Both the position numbers and the translations under genes were made by a program. Positions 28,550 through 38,164 of a stretch of 64,000 nt of DNA are shown here, one piece after another. Position 1 is the stretch's first letter; each line of letters starts with the position of its first letter. The notes under the pieces were generated by a model that made no database searches, was not told the DNA's origin, and saw nothing but the letters and a program-made list of their open reading frames with translations. The stretch comes from Patescibacteria group bacterium (GTDB lineage Bacteria > Patescibacteriota > Patescibacteriia > Magasanikbacterales > GWA2-37-8), in assembly GCA_041651015.1 (NCBI GenBank), contig JBAZKA010000001.1:62000-125999 (forward strand), given 5' to 3'.

Positions 28550-31500
28550 ATGTCGGAGAAATTCAGACCCATGCCGGAGGAGGCAAGGGGGGAAATAAAA
28601 TCGGAAAAACCGAGTGATATTAAGGTTGAAAAAAATGATAATATTGAAAAGGAAAAATTACCGCAAGTGGACAAAGAGACCGGAATTTATACGGATGAGA
28701 ACGGAGAGGAGTGGGCAACGGTAAGTATGGTCGTAAAGTTGTTGGGTTTAAGCGGCGCTGTATTTACCAAAGAACGTCTCTCAGGTGTCCGCTCAATTCG
28801 CGGGCGTGATGGTACGGGTAAGTCCGTCAATCTATTAAATTTAACTGATATAAAAATTTTTTTTGCAGACCATTTGCGGTTACCTCAAGTAGACAAAGAA
28901 ACCGGTATTTATAAGGATGAAAATGGAGAGCAATGGGCGACAGCGCCAGCTGCTGCCGAGCTATTTGGGTTTGGCGCTGACATGTTATCTAAGGAGCGTC
29001 TCGCCTACGTCCGTTCAATACGTGGACGAAGCAGAAGCGGTAATTTCGTTAATTTGTATAATCTCACCGACCTCAGAAATTATTTTGCAGACCATTTGCG
29101 GTTACCTCAAGTAGACAAAGAAACTGGTATTTATACGGATGAGAATGGAGAGCAATGGGTAACGTTAAAAACGGCATCTGACATTATCGGAGTTTATGAG
29201 GTGATGATTACTAAGAAACGTTTGTCCAAAGTCCGTTCAATTCGTGGCCGCGATAGGGTCGGCCGCGGCCCCAATCATGGTCAGCCGAATAACCTATTTA
29301 ATTTATCTGACCTGAAAAAGTTGTTTGCAGACCATTTGCGGTTACCTCAAGTAGACAAAGAAACTGGTATTTATACGGATGAGAATGGAGAACAATGGGT
29401 AGCGTTAAAAACGGCATCTGACATTATCGGAGTTTACCAGGTGATGTTTACTGAGAAACGTTTGTCCAAAGTCCGTTCAATTCGTGGCCGCGATAGGGTC
29501 GGCCGCGGCCCCAATCATGGTCAGCCGAATAACCTATTTAATTTATCTGACCTGAAAAAGTTGTTTGCAGACCATTTGCGGTTACCTCAAGTAGACAAAG
29601 AAACTGGTATTTATACGGATGAGAATGGAGAGCAATGGGCGACAAAAAGTGCCGCGGCAAAGTTTTTTATGTTAGACGTAAAGTTGTTTACTAAAAAACG
29701 TCTTTTTAGTATACGTGCGATACGTGGCCGCGGTGCTGGAATTAGCTCTCCCGAACCCGGTCAACTGGGCAACCTATTTAATTTATCTGACCTGAAAAAG
29801 TTGTTTGCCGATTATCTACATCTGCCACAAGTGGATAAGGAGACCGGTATTTATACGGATGAAAACGGAGAGCGGTGGGTGGCGCGTGCCACAGCAGCAA
29901 AAATGTTTGGTGTAGACGTCGTAACTCTTACCGCACTGCGCTTGTCTCAAGTACGTTCAATTCGCGGCCGCTATAAGGATGGTCGTGCTCCTGAATTTGG
30001 TCAGCCGAATAATTTATTTAATCTCTCCGACCTAGAAAAAGTTTTTGCCGATTACATTACCCAGAAAAAAGGATCCGCTCAAGACCGCGAACTCCGTGAA
30101 TCATTTGATAAAAAAATTAACGAGATCGCGGACGGAGAAACATTTGACGCGCAAAAATTCCGTTCACTGGTAGATGCTTTTGGCGCGGCGCGATGCGTAG
30201 ATATTTTATATCGTCTTTATCCGGAATTTAAAGGCTTGCCGATTGAGCACATCAAGGGAACAATGGCCGATTATCTCGGGGATTTTTTAATTGCCAAAGG
30301 CGATTTTCATCCGAGAAATTGGGGAGACATTGAACCGTTTTTGTCTGATGTAACTTTTCGCGAGTCATTGTACGAAACCGTCAAGGACCATTGTTTACGG
30401 TATTTTTTTATTAAGAAACGCGAAGAACCGCAGAGAGATAATTTGGAAATAATTTATGAGTATTTGGATAATGCCGCGAGCGAGGTCCAAGGAATTGACA
30501 GTAAAGAGTTGGATGACATAATCCAGAACGTGATTGAGTATTATGATGCGGCCATACGTGATTTTGAAAAACCCGAAGGTTTTAAAGACCGTTTGACGAC
30601 TGACCGGGAATTTCCCGACATCAATCAAAAAATAAACATGAAAGAGCTATCCGACAAGAAACGAATTTTGATTGCCGATGAAATGGGTTTGGGCAAAAGT
30701 GCCTCGGTCATTATGGCCAAAGAACAGCTCGGCGTGGCTTGCGCGCTGGTCACGGCGCCGGCCAATGTGATTGAAACCTGGAAAAAATATTTATCCGATG
30801 AAGACGGCGGGTATTATCTGGAGGGCAAAGCGCCAAAAGTTTTGAGCATAGAAAAGTCCGAAGATTTGGACCGAACGGCGAGTGAACAATTTGATTTCAT
30901 ATTGATCTCGCATGAACGTTTGTCTGCCGGCGCGGATATTGTGGAGAAGTTATCCCTGGCCGGATTTGATATGCTCGTCGTGGATGAAGCGCATAAAATG
31001 AAAAATCCCAAGGGCCAGCGGGCCGAGCAGGCCTTGGAACTCGCGGCTTCGCTTGACCCGGAAACGGGATATTTGGCCCTGTTGTCCGGTACGCCGGTGC
31101 CGAATAAAGTCGGTGATATCGCCATAGCTTTGAAAATGCTATATCCGGATAAATTTGCCGATGTTCCGGCTGAAGAATTGTCCGGCCAAATTATCAGCGG
31201 AGATATTTTGGATCTGCGTAGTTTGCTTATGCCACGAATGCAAATGAAAGATTTGCGAGAGAGTATTGACATGCCCGAGCTGACGGAAACCATTGTGCCG
31301 ATTTCGTTGTCGCCGGAAGAGCGGGATATTTATGAAGCGTTGCTGGAAGACGATGAAGTGACAGCCACGGAAAAAATGAAAATTCTGCGTCAATTTTTGC
31401 TTAATCCCGATTTGGTCGTACTTGACCCGAATTTGGAAAGCTCAAAGATTCGCGCTTGTCGCGAGAGATTAAACGAAGCTTTCGCCGAACACGATAAAGT

Positions 31501-33028
31501 TGTGATGTTCGTAAATAATTATTTGGAAGGCGTAGTCCGAGGGGAGACCGATATATTTGATAAATTAAATTTATCGGATGACATTCGGGTGATTAAGATT
31601 CATGGCAATGTGCCGATGACAGAGCGTAAAAAGATTGAACAAGAATTTAACGAGAGCGGTGAAAAAATATTACTGGTCGTAAGCGGGCAGACAGCCGACG
31701 TGGGCGTGGATTTTTCCAACGGCCAAAAAGTAATTTTTTATAACGAGCCGTGGACCGAGTACCAAAGAAGACAAGAATTGGGTCGCGTTTTTCGTCCGGG
31801 AGTAAAAGATAATTTGGATAGCGAGGTTTTGGTTGCCGAAAAAACCATAGAGCAAGGCATCCATGAGTATATCTGGCGCAAATATAAAGCGGTGGAAAAG
31901 CTTTTGCGCGGCGTACCGATTACTGAATTGGAAAAAACACTGTTAAATAAAACCGAACAAGCCGAAGACCCGGACTTGGAAGTTAATCCGGAGCTGGCGC
32001 GTTATTATCTTTCTTGTTGGGACAAGATGATGCAGTATTTCGGTTATGCCAAAGAACTTGGCGAGGCAAAATTTGAAAAGTTTTTGGCTGATTACGGGCG
32101 CGATTATGCCGAAGGCTACCGTGAGCTCGGCAATCGCAGTTATCAGGCGAACGCGAATAGAATTTCCGGCGCGATGATTGAACATGTTGCCGCGCAAAAT
32201 AAAATATCCGCCAAAGATCTTAAAATATTGGACATGGCCTCTGGTCCGGAAATGCTTAGGCGCCACATCGCGGATGATTTACAAAATAGCGTCGTGAGTT
32301 TGGATATCAATCCACATCATCTGCAGAATGCTTCAGGGGATGTTATAAATGCGAGCGCTCGTAAAACCCCGTTTAAAGATAAAAGTTTTGATTATGTAAA
32401 TTATGCGCTCGCTTGGCACTATGGTAAATTTGTTCCGTCACGAAGCGATTTTGAACGCGCGGAAATTTTGGCCGAAGCCAATCGCGTCTTAAAAAACGAC
32501 GGCCGTTTGGTTTTGAGTTTGATTTACTCGGTAAATGTGGCGGATGAAGAAAAATTCATTGCCGCGGTTAATGAGTTGGGGTTTGAGATTGACTCCGAAC
32601 ACAGTGGGGAAGCCGTCAGCGAAAATGTGTTTCGTTCAAAAATTTATACCCTTAAAAAAGTGCGTGATTTGGATAAATCTCCGGCCGAGGCGGCGTCGGA
32701 GATTAGTCCGGATAATTATCCCGGGATGAAAATTCGCACCGACAAGGGTTCGTTAAAAAATTCGCGTAAAATCGTCGGCGGCTTTACCTTGAACGGTCAA
32801 GAAGTCGCGGTTGATCTGAACAGCGCCGACAAAGAAGCGTTGGACGAGGAGCGAAATGTTAGCCAAGAGATGAAGACGTTGAAAGATAAATTTGAAGGGA
32901 TAAAAAATATTCCGCGAGCAGAGATATTGTCCAATAAGTTCGCGCGCATTTTAATCGGGAAAAAGTTTGCTTTGTTCAAAAAACTGGAACGTGGCAGCGG
33001 CGCGGTTGTTATTAAAGATGAAAATTAA
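28550..33028 (+). CDS. Giant multidomain protein: six tandem ~80-aa N-terminal repeats + SNF2-family helicase + C-terminal class I SAM methyltransferase
   Basis: 1492 aa. Repeats LPQVDKETGIYTDENGEQW...VRSIRGRD...NLFNLSDLKKLFADHLR x6. SNF2_N with ADEMGLGKS and DEAH box LVVDEAHKMKN. Helicase-C VVSGQTADVGVDFSNGQKVIFYNEPWTEYQRRQELGRVFRPG. MTase motif I ILDMASGPE, acidic post-I VVSLDIN, LKNDGRLVL. Start overlaps the ligA stop. Confidence 0.75.
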   Translation: MSEKFRPMPEEARGEIKSEKPSDIKVEKNDNIEKEKLPQVDKETGIYTDENGEEWATVSMVVKLLGLSGAVFTKERLSGVRSIRGRDGTGKSVNLLNLTDIKIFFADHLRLPQVDKETGIYKDENGEQWATAPAAAELFGFGADMLSKERLAYVRSIRGRSRSGNFVNLYNLTDLRNYFADHLRLPQVDKETGIYTDENGEQWVTLKTASDIIGVYEVMITKKRLSKVRSIRGRDRVGRGPNHGQPNNLFNLSDLKKLFADHLRLPQVDKETGIYTDENGEQWVALKTASDIIGVYQVMFTEKRLSKVRSIRGRDRVGRGPNHGQPNNLFNLSDLKKLFADHLRLPQVDKETGIYTDENGEQWATKSAAAKFFMLDVKLFTKKRLFSIRAIRGRGAGISSPEPGQLGNLFNLSDLKKLFADYLHLPQVDKETGIYTDENGERWVARATAAKMFGVDVVTLTALRLSQVRSIRGRYKDGRAPEFGQPNNLFNLSDLEKVFADYITQKKGSAQDRELRESFDKKINEIADGETFDAQKFRSLVDAFGAARCVDILYRLYPEFKGLPIEHIKGTMADYLGDFLIAKGDFHPRNWGDIEPFLSDVTFRESLYETVKDHCLRYFFIKKREEPQRDNLEIIYEYLDNAASEVQGIDSKELDDIIQNVIEYYDAAIRDFEKPEGFKDRLTTDREFPDINQKINMKELSDKKRILIADEMGLGKSASVIMAKEQLGVACALVTAPANVIETWKKYLSDEDGGYYLEGKAPKVLSIEKSEDLDRTASEQFDFILISHERLSAGADIVEKLSLAGFDMLVVDEAHKMKNPKGQRAEQALELAASLDPETGYLALLSGTPVPNKVGDIAIALKMLYPDKFADVPAEELSGQIISGDILDLRSLLMPRMQMKDLRESIDMPELTETIVPISLSPEERDIYEALLEDDEVTATEKMKILRQFLLNPDLVVLDPNLESSKIRACRERLNEAFAEHDKVVMFVNNYLEGVVRGETDIFDKLNLSDDIRVIKIHGNVPMTERKKIEQEFNESGEKILLVVSGQTADVGVDFSNGQKVIFYNEPWTEYQRRQELGRVFRPGVKDNLDSEVLVAEKTIEQGIHEYIWRKYKAVEKLLRGVPITELEKTLLNKTEQAEDPDLEVNPELARYYLSCWDKMMQYFGYAKELGEAKFEKFLADYGRDYAEGYRELGNRSYQANANRISGAMIEHVAAQNKISAKDLKILDMASGPEMLRRHIADDLQNSVVSLDINPHHLQNASGDVINASARKTPFKDKSFDYVNYALAWHYGKFVPSRSDFERAEILAEANRVLKNDGRLVLSLIYSVNVADEEKFIAAVNELGFEIDSEHSGEAVSENVFRSKIYTLKKVRDLDKSPAEAASEISPDNYPGMKIRTDKGSLKNSRKIVGGFTLNGQEVAVDLNSADKEALDEERNVSQEMKTLKDKFEGIKNIPRAEILSNKFARILIGKKFALFKKLERGSGAVVIKDEN
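28658..30050 (+). repeat. Tandem ~240-bp in-frame DNA repeats (6 units) within the 5-prime part of the giant gene
   Basis: Units 29127-29340 and 29367-29580 are about 97 percent identical at the DNA level; the motif TTTGCAGACCATTTGCGGTTACCTCAAGTAGACAAAGAAAC recurs every ~240 bp. Confidence 0.85.
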
Positions 33029-33077
33029 TTTTAATTCCGCTATGCACAAGGCATGGCGGTTTTTTATTTTTTAAATT

Positions 33078-33165
33078 TTATGGTATAATTATTTCATCAA
33101 TTACATCAACTTAATTATTTCGTCGCATTCATCATTTTCATCAACTTCATCATTTTCATCATTCA
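33078..33165 (+). promoter_or_regulatory. Extended -10 element (TGGTATAAT at 33081-33089) followed by four 9-bp CATCAnnTT repeats immediately upstream of the ppsA start
   Basis: TTCATCA at 33128, 33137, 33146, 33155 with 9-bp periodicity, plus one copy at 33094. Confidence 0.5.
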
Positions 33166-33168
33166 ATT

Positions 33169-35637
33169 ATGCCTTCGAGCAAATACATTTCTTGGTTCAA
33201 AGATTTAACAATCAAAGACATTCCGACGGTCGGCGGTAAGAACGCTTCGCTCGGCGAGATGTATGCCAAACTCACAGCCAAAGGCATTGTCGTGCCGAAT
33301 GGTTTTGCTATCACGGCCGAAGCCTATCGCGCGCACATGAAAGAAAACGATTTGGAAGGCAAAATAAAAAAATTAATGTCCGGGTTAAACGCGCGAAATG
33401 TGCGCGACTTGGCCATTGCCGGAAACAAAATTCGTCAGATGATTTTGGCGGAAAATTTGCCTTGGGAAGTGGTGCGCGATGTTAAAGCCTCATATCAGGA
33501 ATTGTGCAAATCCACCGGTAAAAGACAATTAGCCGTGGCCGTGCGTTCCAGCGCGACTGCCGAGGATTTACCTAACGCCAGTTTTGCCGGCCAACAGGAA
33601 ACCTATCTCAATATTCGCGGAGAAAAAGAATTATTGATTGCCGTAAAAAAATGCATTGCTTCGCTTTTTACCGACCGAGCAATTTCCTATCGCGTGGACA
33701 AAGGTTTTGACCACACGGCCGTGGCCTTGTCCGTGGCCGTGCAAGAGATGGTCAGATCAGACATCGGCGCGTCCGGCGTGATGTTTACTTTGGATACCGA
33801 ATCAGGGCACAAGGGCGTGGTCCTAATTAACGCGGCCTATGGCCTTGGCGAATATGTGGTCAAGGGCCGGGTGGTGCCGGATCAATTTTATGTTTTTAAA
33901 GACGGCGTCAAGCGCGGTTTGAATTCAATTATTAGCAAACGGCTCGGCACCAAGCAAGTAAAATTAATTTATGCCAAAAAAGGCGGAACAATTCAAGCAC
34001 CGGTAAATATCTCCGAGCAAAATGTTTTTTGCGTGGACGATAAAGACGTCATCACTTTGGCCAAATGGGGGATGATGATAGAGGAGCACTATGGCCACGC
34101 CATGGATATTGAATGGGCCAAAGACGGTGAGACCGGCAAAATGTATATTGTGCAAGCGCGTTCCGAGACCGTGAAATCCCAAGAGAAAATAAATATCATT
34201 GAAACATATCATTTGGAAAAAAAGAGCGCGGTTTTGGCCGAGGGCGCGAGTGTGGGTCAAAAAATCGGCGCAGGCAAAGTCCGCATCATTGAAACGCCCG
34301 CTAAACTAAAAAATTTCAAAAAAGGCGAAGTGCTGGTGACGCGTTTGACCGACCCTGATTGGGAACCGATTATGCGATTGGCCAGCGCCATTGTCACCGA
34401 GCAAGGCGGCAAGACCTCGCACGCGGCTATTGTCTCGCGCGAACTTGGCATCCCGTGTATTGTGGGAGCGGCCAACGCGCGCAAGCTTTTGAAAAACGGC
34501 GAACCGGTCACCGTGTCTTGCGCCGAAGGCGAGGCCGGCTATGTTTATAAAGGAATTTTGCCGTTCTCGGTCCAGCGTACCGAGCTCAAAGAATTGCAAA
34601 AGACGCGCACCAAAGTAATGATGAACGTGGGCGACCCAAACAGCGCGCTCGCGCTCGCGTCTATTCCCAACGACGGCGTGGGACTGGCGCGTGAAGAATT
34701 TATATTTACGGATTTTATCAAAATTCATCCGTTAGCCTTGGTTAATTTTGATAAACTCAAAGATAAAAAAGCCAAACATAAAATCAGCGAGATGACCGTC
34801 GGCTATAAAAACAAAACCGATTTTTGTGTGGATAGATTAGCCGAGGGCATTGCTTTTATCGCGACCGCTTTTTATCCCAACAATGTGATTGTTCGTTTGT
34901 CGGATTTTAAAACCAATGAATATGCCACGCTTTTGGGCGGGGCAGAGTTTGAACCCAAAGAAGAAAATCCCATGATCGGCTGGCGCGGAGCTTCGCGTTA
35001 TTATGACCCCAAATACAAAGAGGGTTTTCATTTGGAGTGCAAGGCGCTCAAAAAAGTCCGCGAGGATTGGGGGCTCAAAAATGTGATTATTATGGTGCCA
35101 TTCTGCCGGACGCCCGAAGAAGGTAAAAAAGTTTTAGCCACGATGAAAGAATTTGGTTTGGAACGCGGTAAAAATGATTTGAAAGTTTATGTGATGTGCG
35201 AAATTCCGTCCAATGTAATTTTGGCCGACGACTACGCGCAAATTTTTGACGGATTTTCCATTGGTTCAAATGATTTAACCCAATTGACTTTGGGCGTGGA
35301 CCGCGATTCGGCCTTGGTCAGTCATATATATGATGAAAATAACGCCGCGGTCAAAAAATTAATCCGCAGTGTGATTAAAACAGCGCACAATCGCGGACGC
35401 AAGGTTGGCATCTGCGGGCAGGCGCCGAGCGATTATCCCAAGTTCGCCGAATTTTTGGTGGAAGCGGGGATTGATAGCATTTCGCTCAATCCGGACACAG
35501 TGCTCAAAACCCGCCAGAATATTTTATCCATGGAAAAGAAAATTCGCAGTCCGCTCTCGGGCGCGGCTGTGATCGCGGAAACAATTATCATTGTAGCAGT
35601 CGGCCTGATGGTAGCCATGGTAGGGTTGGCATTTTAA
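33169..35637 (+). CDS. ppsA: Phosphoenolpyruvate synthase (pyruvate, water dikinase) with an unusual C-terminal hydrophobic segment
   Basis: 822 aa; ATP-grasp N-terminus, phosphohistidine domain GGKTSHAAIVSRELGIPCIVG, PEP-utilizing C-terminus; last ~30 aa hydrophobic (AAVIAETIIIVAVGLMVAMVGLAF). Confidence 0.9.
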   Translation: MPSSKYISWFKDLTIKDIPTVGGKNASLGEMYAKLTAKGIVVPNGFAITAEAYRAHMKENDLEGKIKKLMSGLNARNVRDLAIAGNKIRQMILAENLPWEVVRDVKASYQELCKSTGKRQLAVAVRSSATAEDLPNASFAGQQETYLNIRGEKELLIAVKKCIASLFTDRAISYRVDKGFDHTAVALSVAVQEMVRSDIGASGVMFTLDTESGHKGVVLINAAYGLGEYVVKGRVVPDQFYVFKDGVKRGLNSIISKRLGTKQVKLIYAKKGGTIQAPVNISEQNVFCVDDKDVITLAKWGMMIEEHYGHAMDIEWAKDGETGKMYIVQARSETVKSQEKINIIETYHLEKKSAVLAEGASVGQKIGAGKVRIIETPAKLKNFKKGEVLVTRLTDPDWEPIMRLASAIVTEQGGKTSHAAIVSRELGIPCIVGAANARKLLKNGEPVTVSCAEGEAGYVYKGILPFSVQRTELKELQKTRTKVMMNVGDPNSALALASIPNDGVGLAREEFIFTDFIKIHPLALVNFDKLKDKKAKHKISEMTVGYKNKTDFCVDRLAEGIAFIATAFYPNNVIVRLSDFKTNEYATLLGGAEFEPKEENPMIGWRGASRYYDPKYKEGFHLECKALKKVREDWGLKNVIIMVPFCRTPEEGKKVLATMKEFGLERGKNDLKVYVMCEIPSNVILADDYAQIFDGFSIGSNDLTQLTLGVDRDSALVSHIYDENNAAVKKLIRSVIKTAHNRGRKVGICGQAPSDYPKFAEFLVEAGIDSISLNPDTVLKTRQNILSMEKKIRSPLSGAAVIAETIIIVAVGLMVAMVGLAF

Positions 35638-35654
35638 ATTCGCATAAAATAAAA

Positions 35655-35696
35655 TTAGCCGCCCTGCATTACGCGAGGCGGCTGTTTGTTTTGGTT
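35655..35696. terminator. Terminator between ppsA and the downstream minus-strand gene
   Basis: AGCCGCC-ctgcattacgcgag-GCGGCT followed by GTTTGTTTTGGTTT. Confidence 0.65.
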
Positions 35697-35700
35697 TCGT

Positions 35701-36171
35701 TTAGAGGATCCCGACGCCAGCGCCAGGAAGCGCTTTCAGAATATCTCCGGCCATTTTAACCAACACAGGATCATTCGGGCGTGATTTTTTTCCATTGTTT
35801 CCGTACAATTTGAAAAGCGTCACTCCGATTACCGCGGTATTTTCGATTTTCATCAATCGTTTGCTTTTGGCCAGCGTTTCGGGAATAAATTTTGTTTCGC
35901 TGATGAAAACAACGTGAATGGTTTGGCAAAAAATTTCCACGTCGTCGATATTTTTGAAACTAATTCTCTCGGTATATGCTTTTCCGTGCGGCGGGTTTTC
36001 ACCCTCAAGCTCCATGCTGAGCCCGAGAGTCATTTTCACCGTGTTGAAAATATTTTTCCAAAAAGGATTTGACGTGACGATTGGAATGAACGTATGCAAC
36101 CGTCGCCCCATTGGATAAAATCCATGTTCTCCCTCTCTCATTGCTTTTTCCTCCGCGTCGCCCCGACGCAT
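35701..36171 (-). CDS. Hypothetical protein
   Basis: 156-aa ORF with no recognisable motifs; convergent with ppsA. Confidence 0.3.
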   Translation of the reverse strand: MRRGDAEEKAMREGEHGFYPMGRRLHTFIPIVTSNPFWKNIFNTVKMTLGLSMELEGENPPHGKAYTERISFKNIDDVEIFCQTIHVVFISETKFIPETLAKSKRLMKIENTAVIGVTLFKLYGNNGKKSRPNDPVLVKMAGDILKALPGAGVGIL

Positions 36172-36248
36172 TAATGATTGCTTTTTACGAAACCAAATTC
36201 AAAGAACTTTTTGCGATTCTATCACTTAATACAATTTATGTCAATGCT

Positions 36249-38039
36249 TTATTGCGCTTTTCGTGAGGCGCGGATACGGTCGTTTTCTGTCAGGTTTTGT
36301 TTGCGTAAACGGACGGCTGTGGGTGTAATTTCCAAATATTCGTCCTCGGCCATAATTTCTAAACCTTTTTCCAAAGTAATTTCTTGCGGAGCGGTGAGTT
36401 GAATAGCAAAATCCGCGCCCGATGAGCGCATGTTGGTTAATTTTTTACCGCGGATCGGATTGACGGTCATATCAAAGCCTTTGGCTGTGTTGCCAATCAC
36501 TTGTCCCTCGTAGATATCAGTGCCGGCCGGAATAAATAATGAACCGCGGTCCTGCAGGGCGGCCAATGAATACGATAAAGCTTTGCCCGTCTCGCCCGAT
36601 ATCATAGAACCGGTGGAGCGTTTTTCAATCTCACCCGCATACGGACGGAAGCCGATTACTTCGGAACATAAAATTCCTTCACCGCGCGTGTCCACGATAA
36701 ATTCATTACGATAGCCCAAAAGTCCGCGCGTGGGAATTTCGTAAATCAAACGGGTGTGGTTTTGTTCCGGATGCATGTTGGTCATCCGGCCTTTGCGTTT
36801 GGATAATTTTTCAATCACCACACTGACGGATTCAGCCGGCACATCTACAGTCGCTTCTTCAAACGGTTCGTGCTTCATCCCGTCAATTTCTTTGACAATG
36901 ACTTGCGGTTGGGAAACTTGTAATTCAAAACCTTCACGGCGCATATTTTCCAAAAGAATGGCGATGTGTAATTCGCCCCGGCCAAAAACTTTGTAATGGT
37001 CAATCGGAGAAAAATCTATTTTCAAACCAACGTTCACTTCCAATTCTTTTTCCAAGCGTTCTTTGATTTGTCGGCTGGTGACGTATTTACCTTCGCGCCC
37101 GGCAAAAGGGGAGTTGTTAACTAAAAAATTCAAAGAGATGGTCGGCTCGTCAATCCTGATGGCCGGCAATAATTCCTGATTTTGGTCCACGCAAATTGTG
37201 TCGCCGATATAAATGTCGGGCAGACCGGCCAGCATGACAATATCGCCCGCGTCCGCGTTTGGCACTTCTTTTTTACTCATGCCTTCAAAAGTATAAATTT
37301 TTGTGATTTGCCCGGGTATAATTTGGCCATCGGATTTTTTTACAAACACGCGTGAACCGGAACCGATCGTGCCTTGCACCACGCGTCCGATACCCATACG
37401 TCCGAGGTAATTATCATAAGCCAGATTAAACGGCTGAAAAGTAAAAGGCAAGGTCGCATCAGCTTGAGCCGGCTCCACTTTTTCCAGAATCGTATCCAAA
37501 AGAGGAATCAGGTTGTCTGACTCATCGGCTAAATTCATTTTGGCAATGCCAAGTTTGGCAATGGCATAAACCGTGGTGAAATTTAATTGCGCGTCAGTCG
37601 CGCCCAGATCCATAAACAATTCCAAGACCTTTTCGTGCGTCCATTCCGGGCGAGCGGCCGGTTTGTCAATCTTGTTGATAACCACAATCGGCTTGATACC
37701 CAGTTCCAATGATTTTTTTAACACAAATTTGGTCTGGGGCATCGGGCCTTCCTGAGCGTCCACCACGAGGAGTACGGAATCAATGGAGCGCAAGATGCGT
37801 TCCACTTCCGAACCAAAATCCGCGTGTCCGGGCGTATCCACGATGTTGATTTTCACGCCTTTATAAAATAACGAAGCGTTCTTTGAGTAAATCGTAATAC
37901 CACGCTCTTGTTCCAGCGCGTTGGAGTCCATACTGGCCGAGTCATCTTTCATCATGCCGGTTTGGCGCATCAAAGCATCGGTCAATTTGGTTTTGCCGTG
38001 GTCCACGTGGGCGATAATAGCGATGTTTCTAATTTCCAT
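36249..38039 (-). CDS. typA: Translational GTPase TypA/BipA (ORF track extends to 38132; Met at 38039 matches the BipA N-terminus)
   Basis: G1 motif [20 protein letters not shown]; EF-G-like domain order; about 596 aa. Confidence 0.9.
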   Translation of the reverse strand: MEIRNIAIIAHVDHGKTKLTDALMRQTGMMKDDSASMDSNALEQERGITIYSKNASLFYKGVKINIVDTPGHADFGSEVERILRSIDSVLLVVDAQEGPMPQTKFVLKKSLELGIKPIVVINKIDKPAARPEWTHEKVLELFMDLGATDAQLNFTTVYAIAKLGIAKMNLADESDNLIPLLDTILEKVEPAQADATLPFTFQPFNLAYDNYLGRMGIGRVVQGTIGSGSRVFVKKSDGQIIPGQITKIYTFEGMSKKEVPNADAGDIVMLAGLPDIYIGDTICVDQNQELLPAIRIDEPTISLNFLVNNSPFAGREGKYVTSRQIKERLEKELEVNVGLKIDFSPIDHYKVFGRGELHIAILLENMRREGFELQVSQPQVIVKEIDGMKHEPFEEATVDVPAESVSVVIEKLSKRKGRMTNMHPEQNHTRLIYEIPTRGLLGYRNEFIVDTRGEGILCSEVIGFRPYAGEIEKRSTGSMISGETGKALSYSLAALQDRGSLFIPAGTDIYEGQVIGNTAKGFDMTVNPIRGKKLTNMRSSGADFAIQLTAPQEITLEKGLEIMAEDEYLEITPTAVRLRKQNLTENDRIRASRKAQ

Positions 38040-38164
38040 ATAATTTTTTTGTTTCCTTTTCATCATTATATAGCGATGAGGTGGAATTGGGCGAGTATAC
38101 ACTAAAAAACGGATGTTGTCAACTGATTGCAAGCAAATATGCGAAGTGTTATAATATTGTCCGT

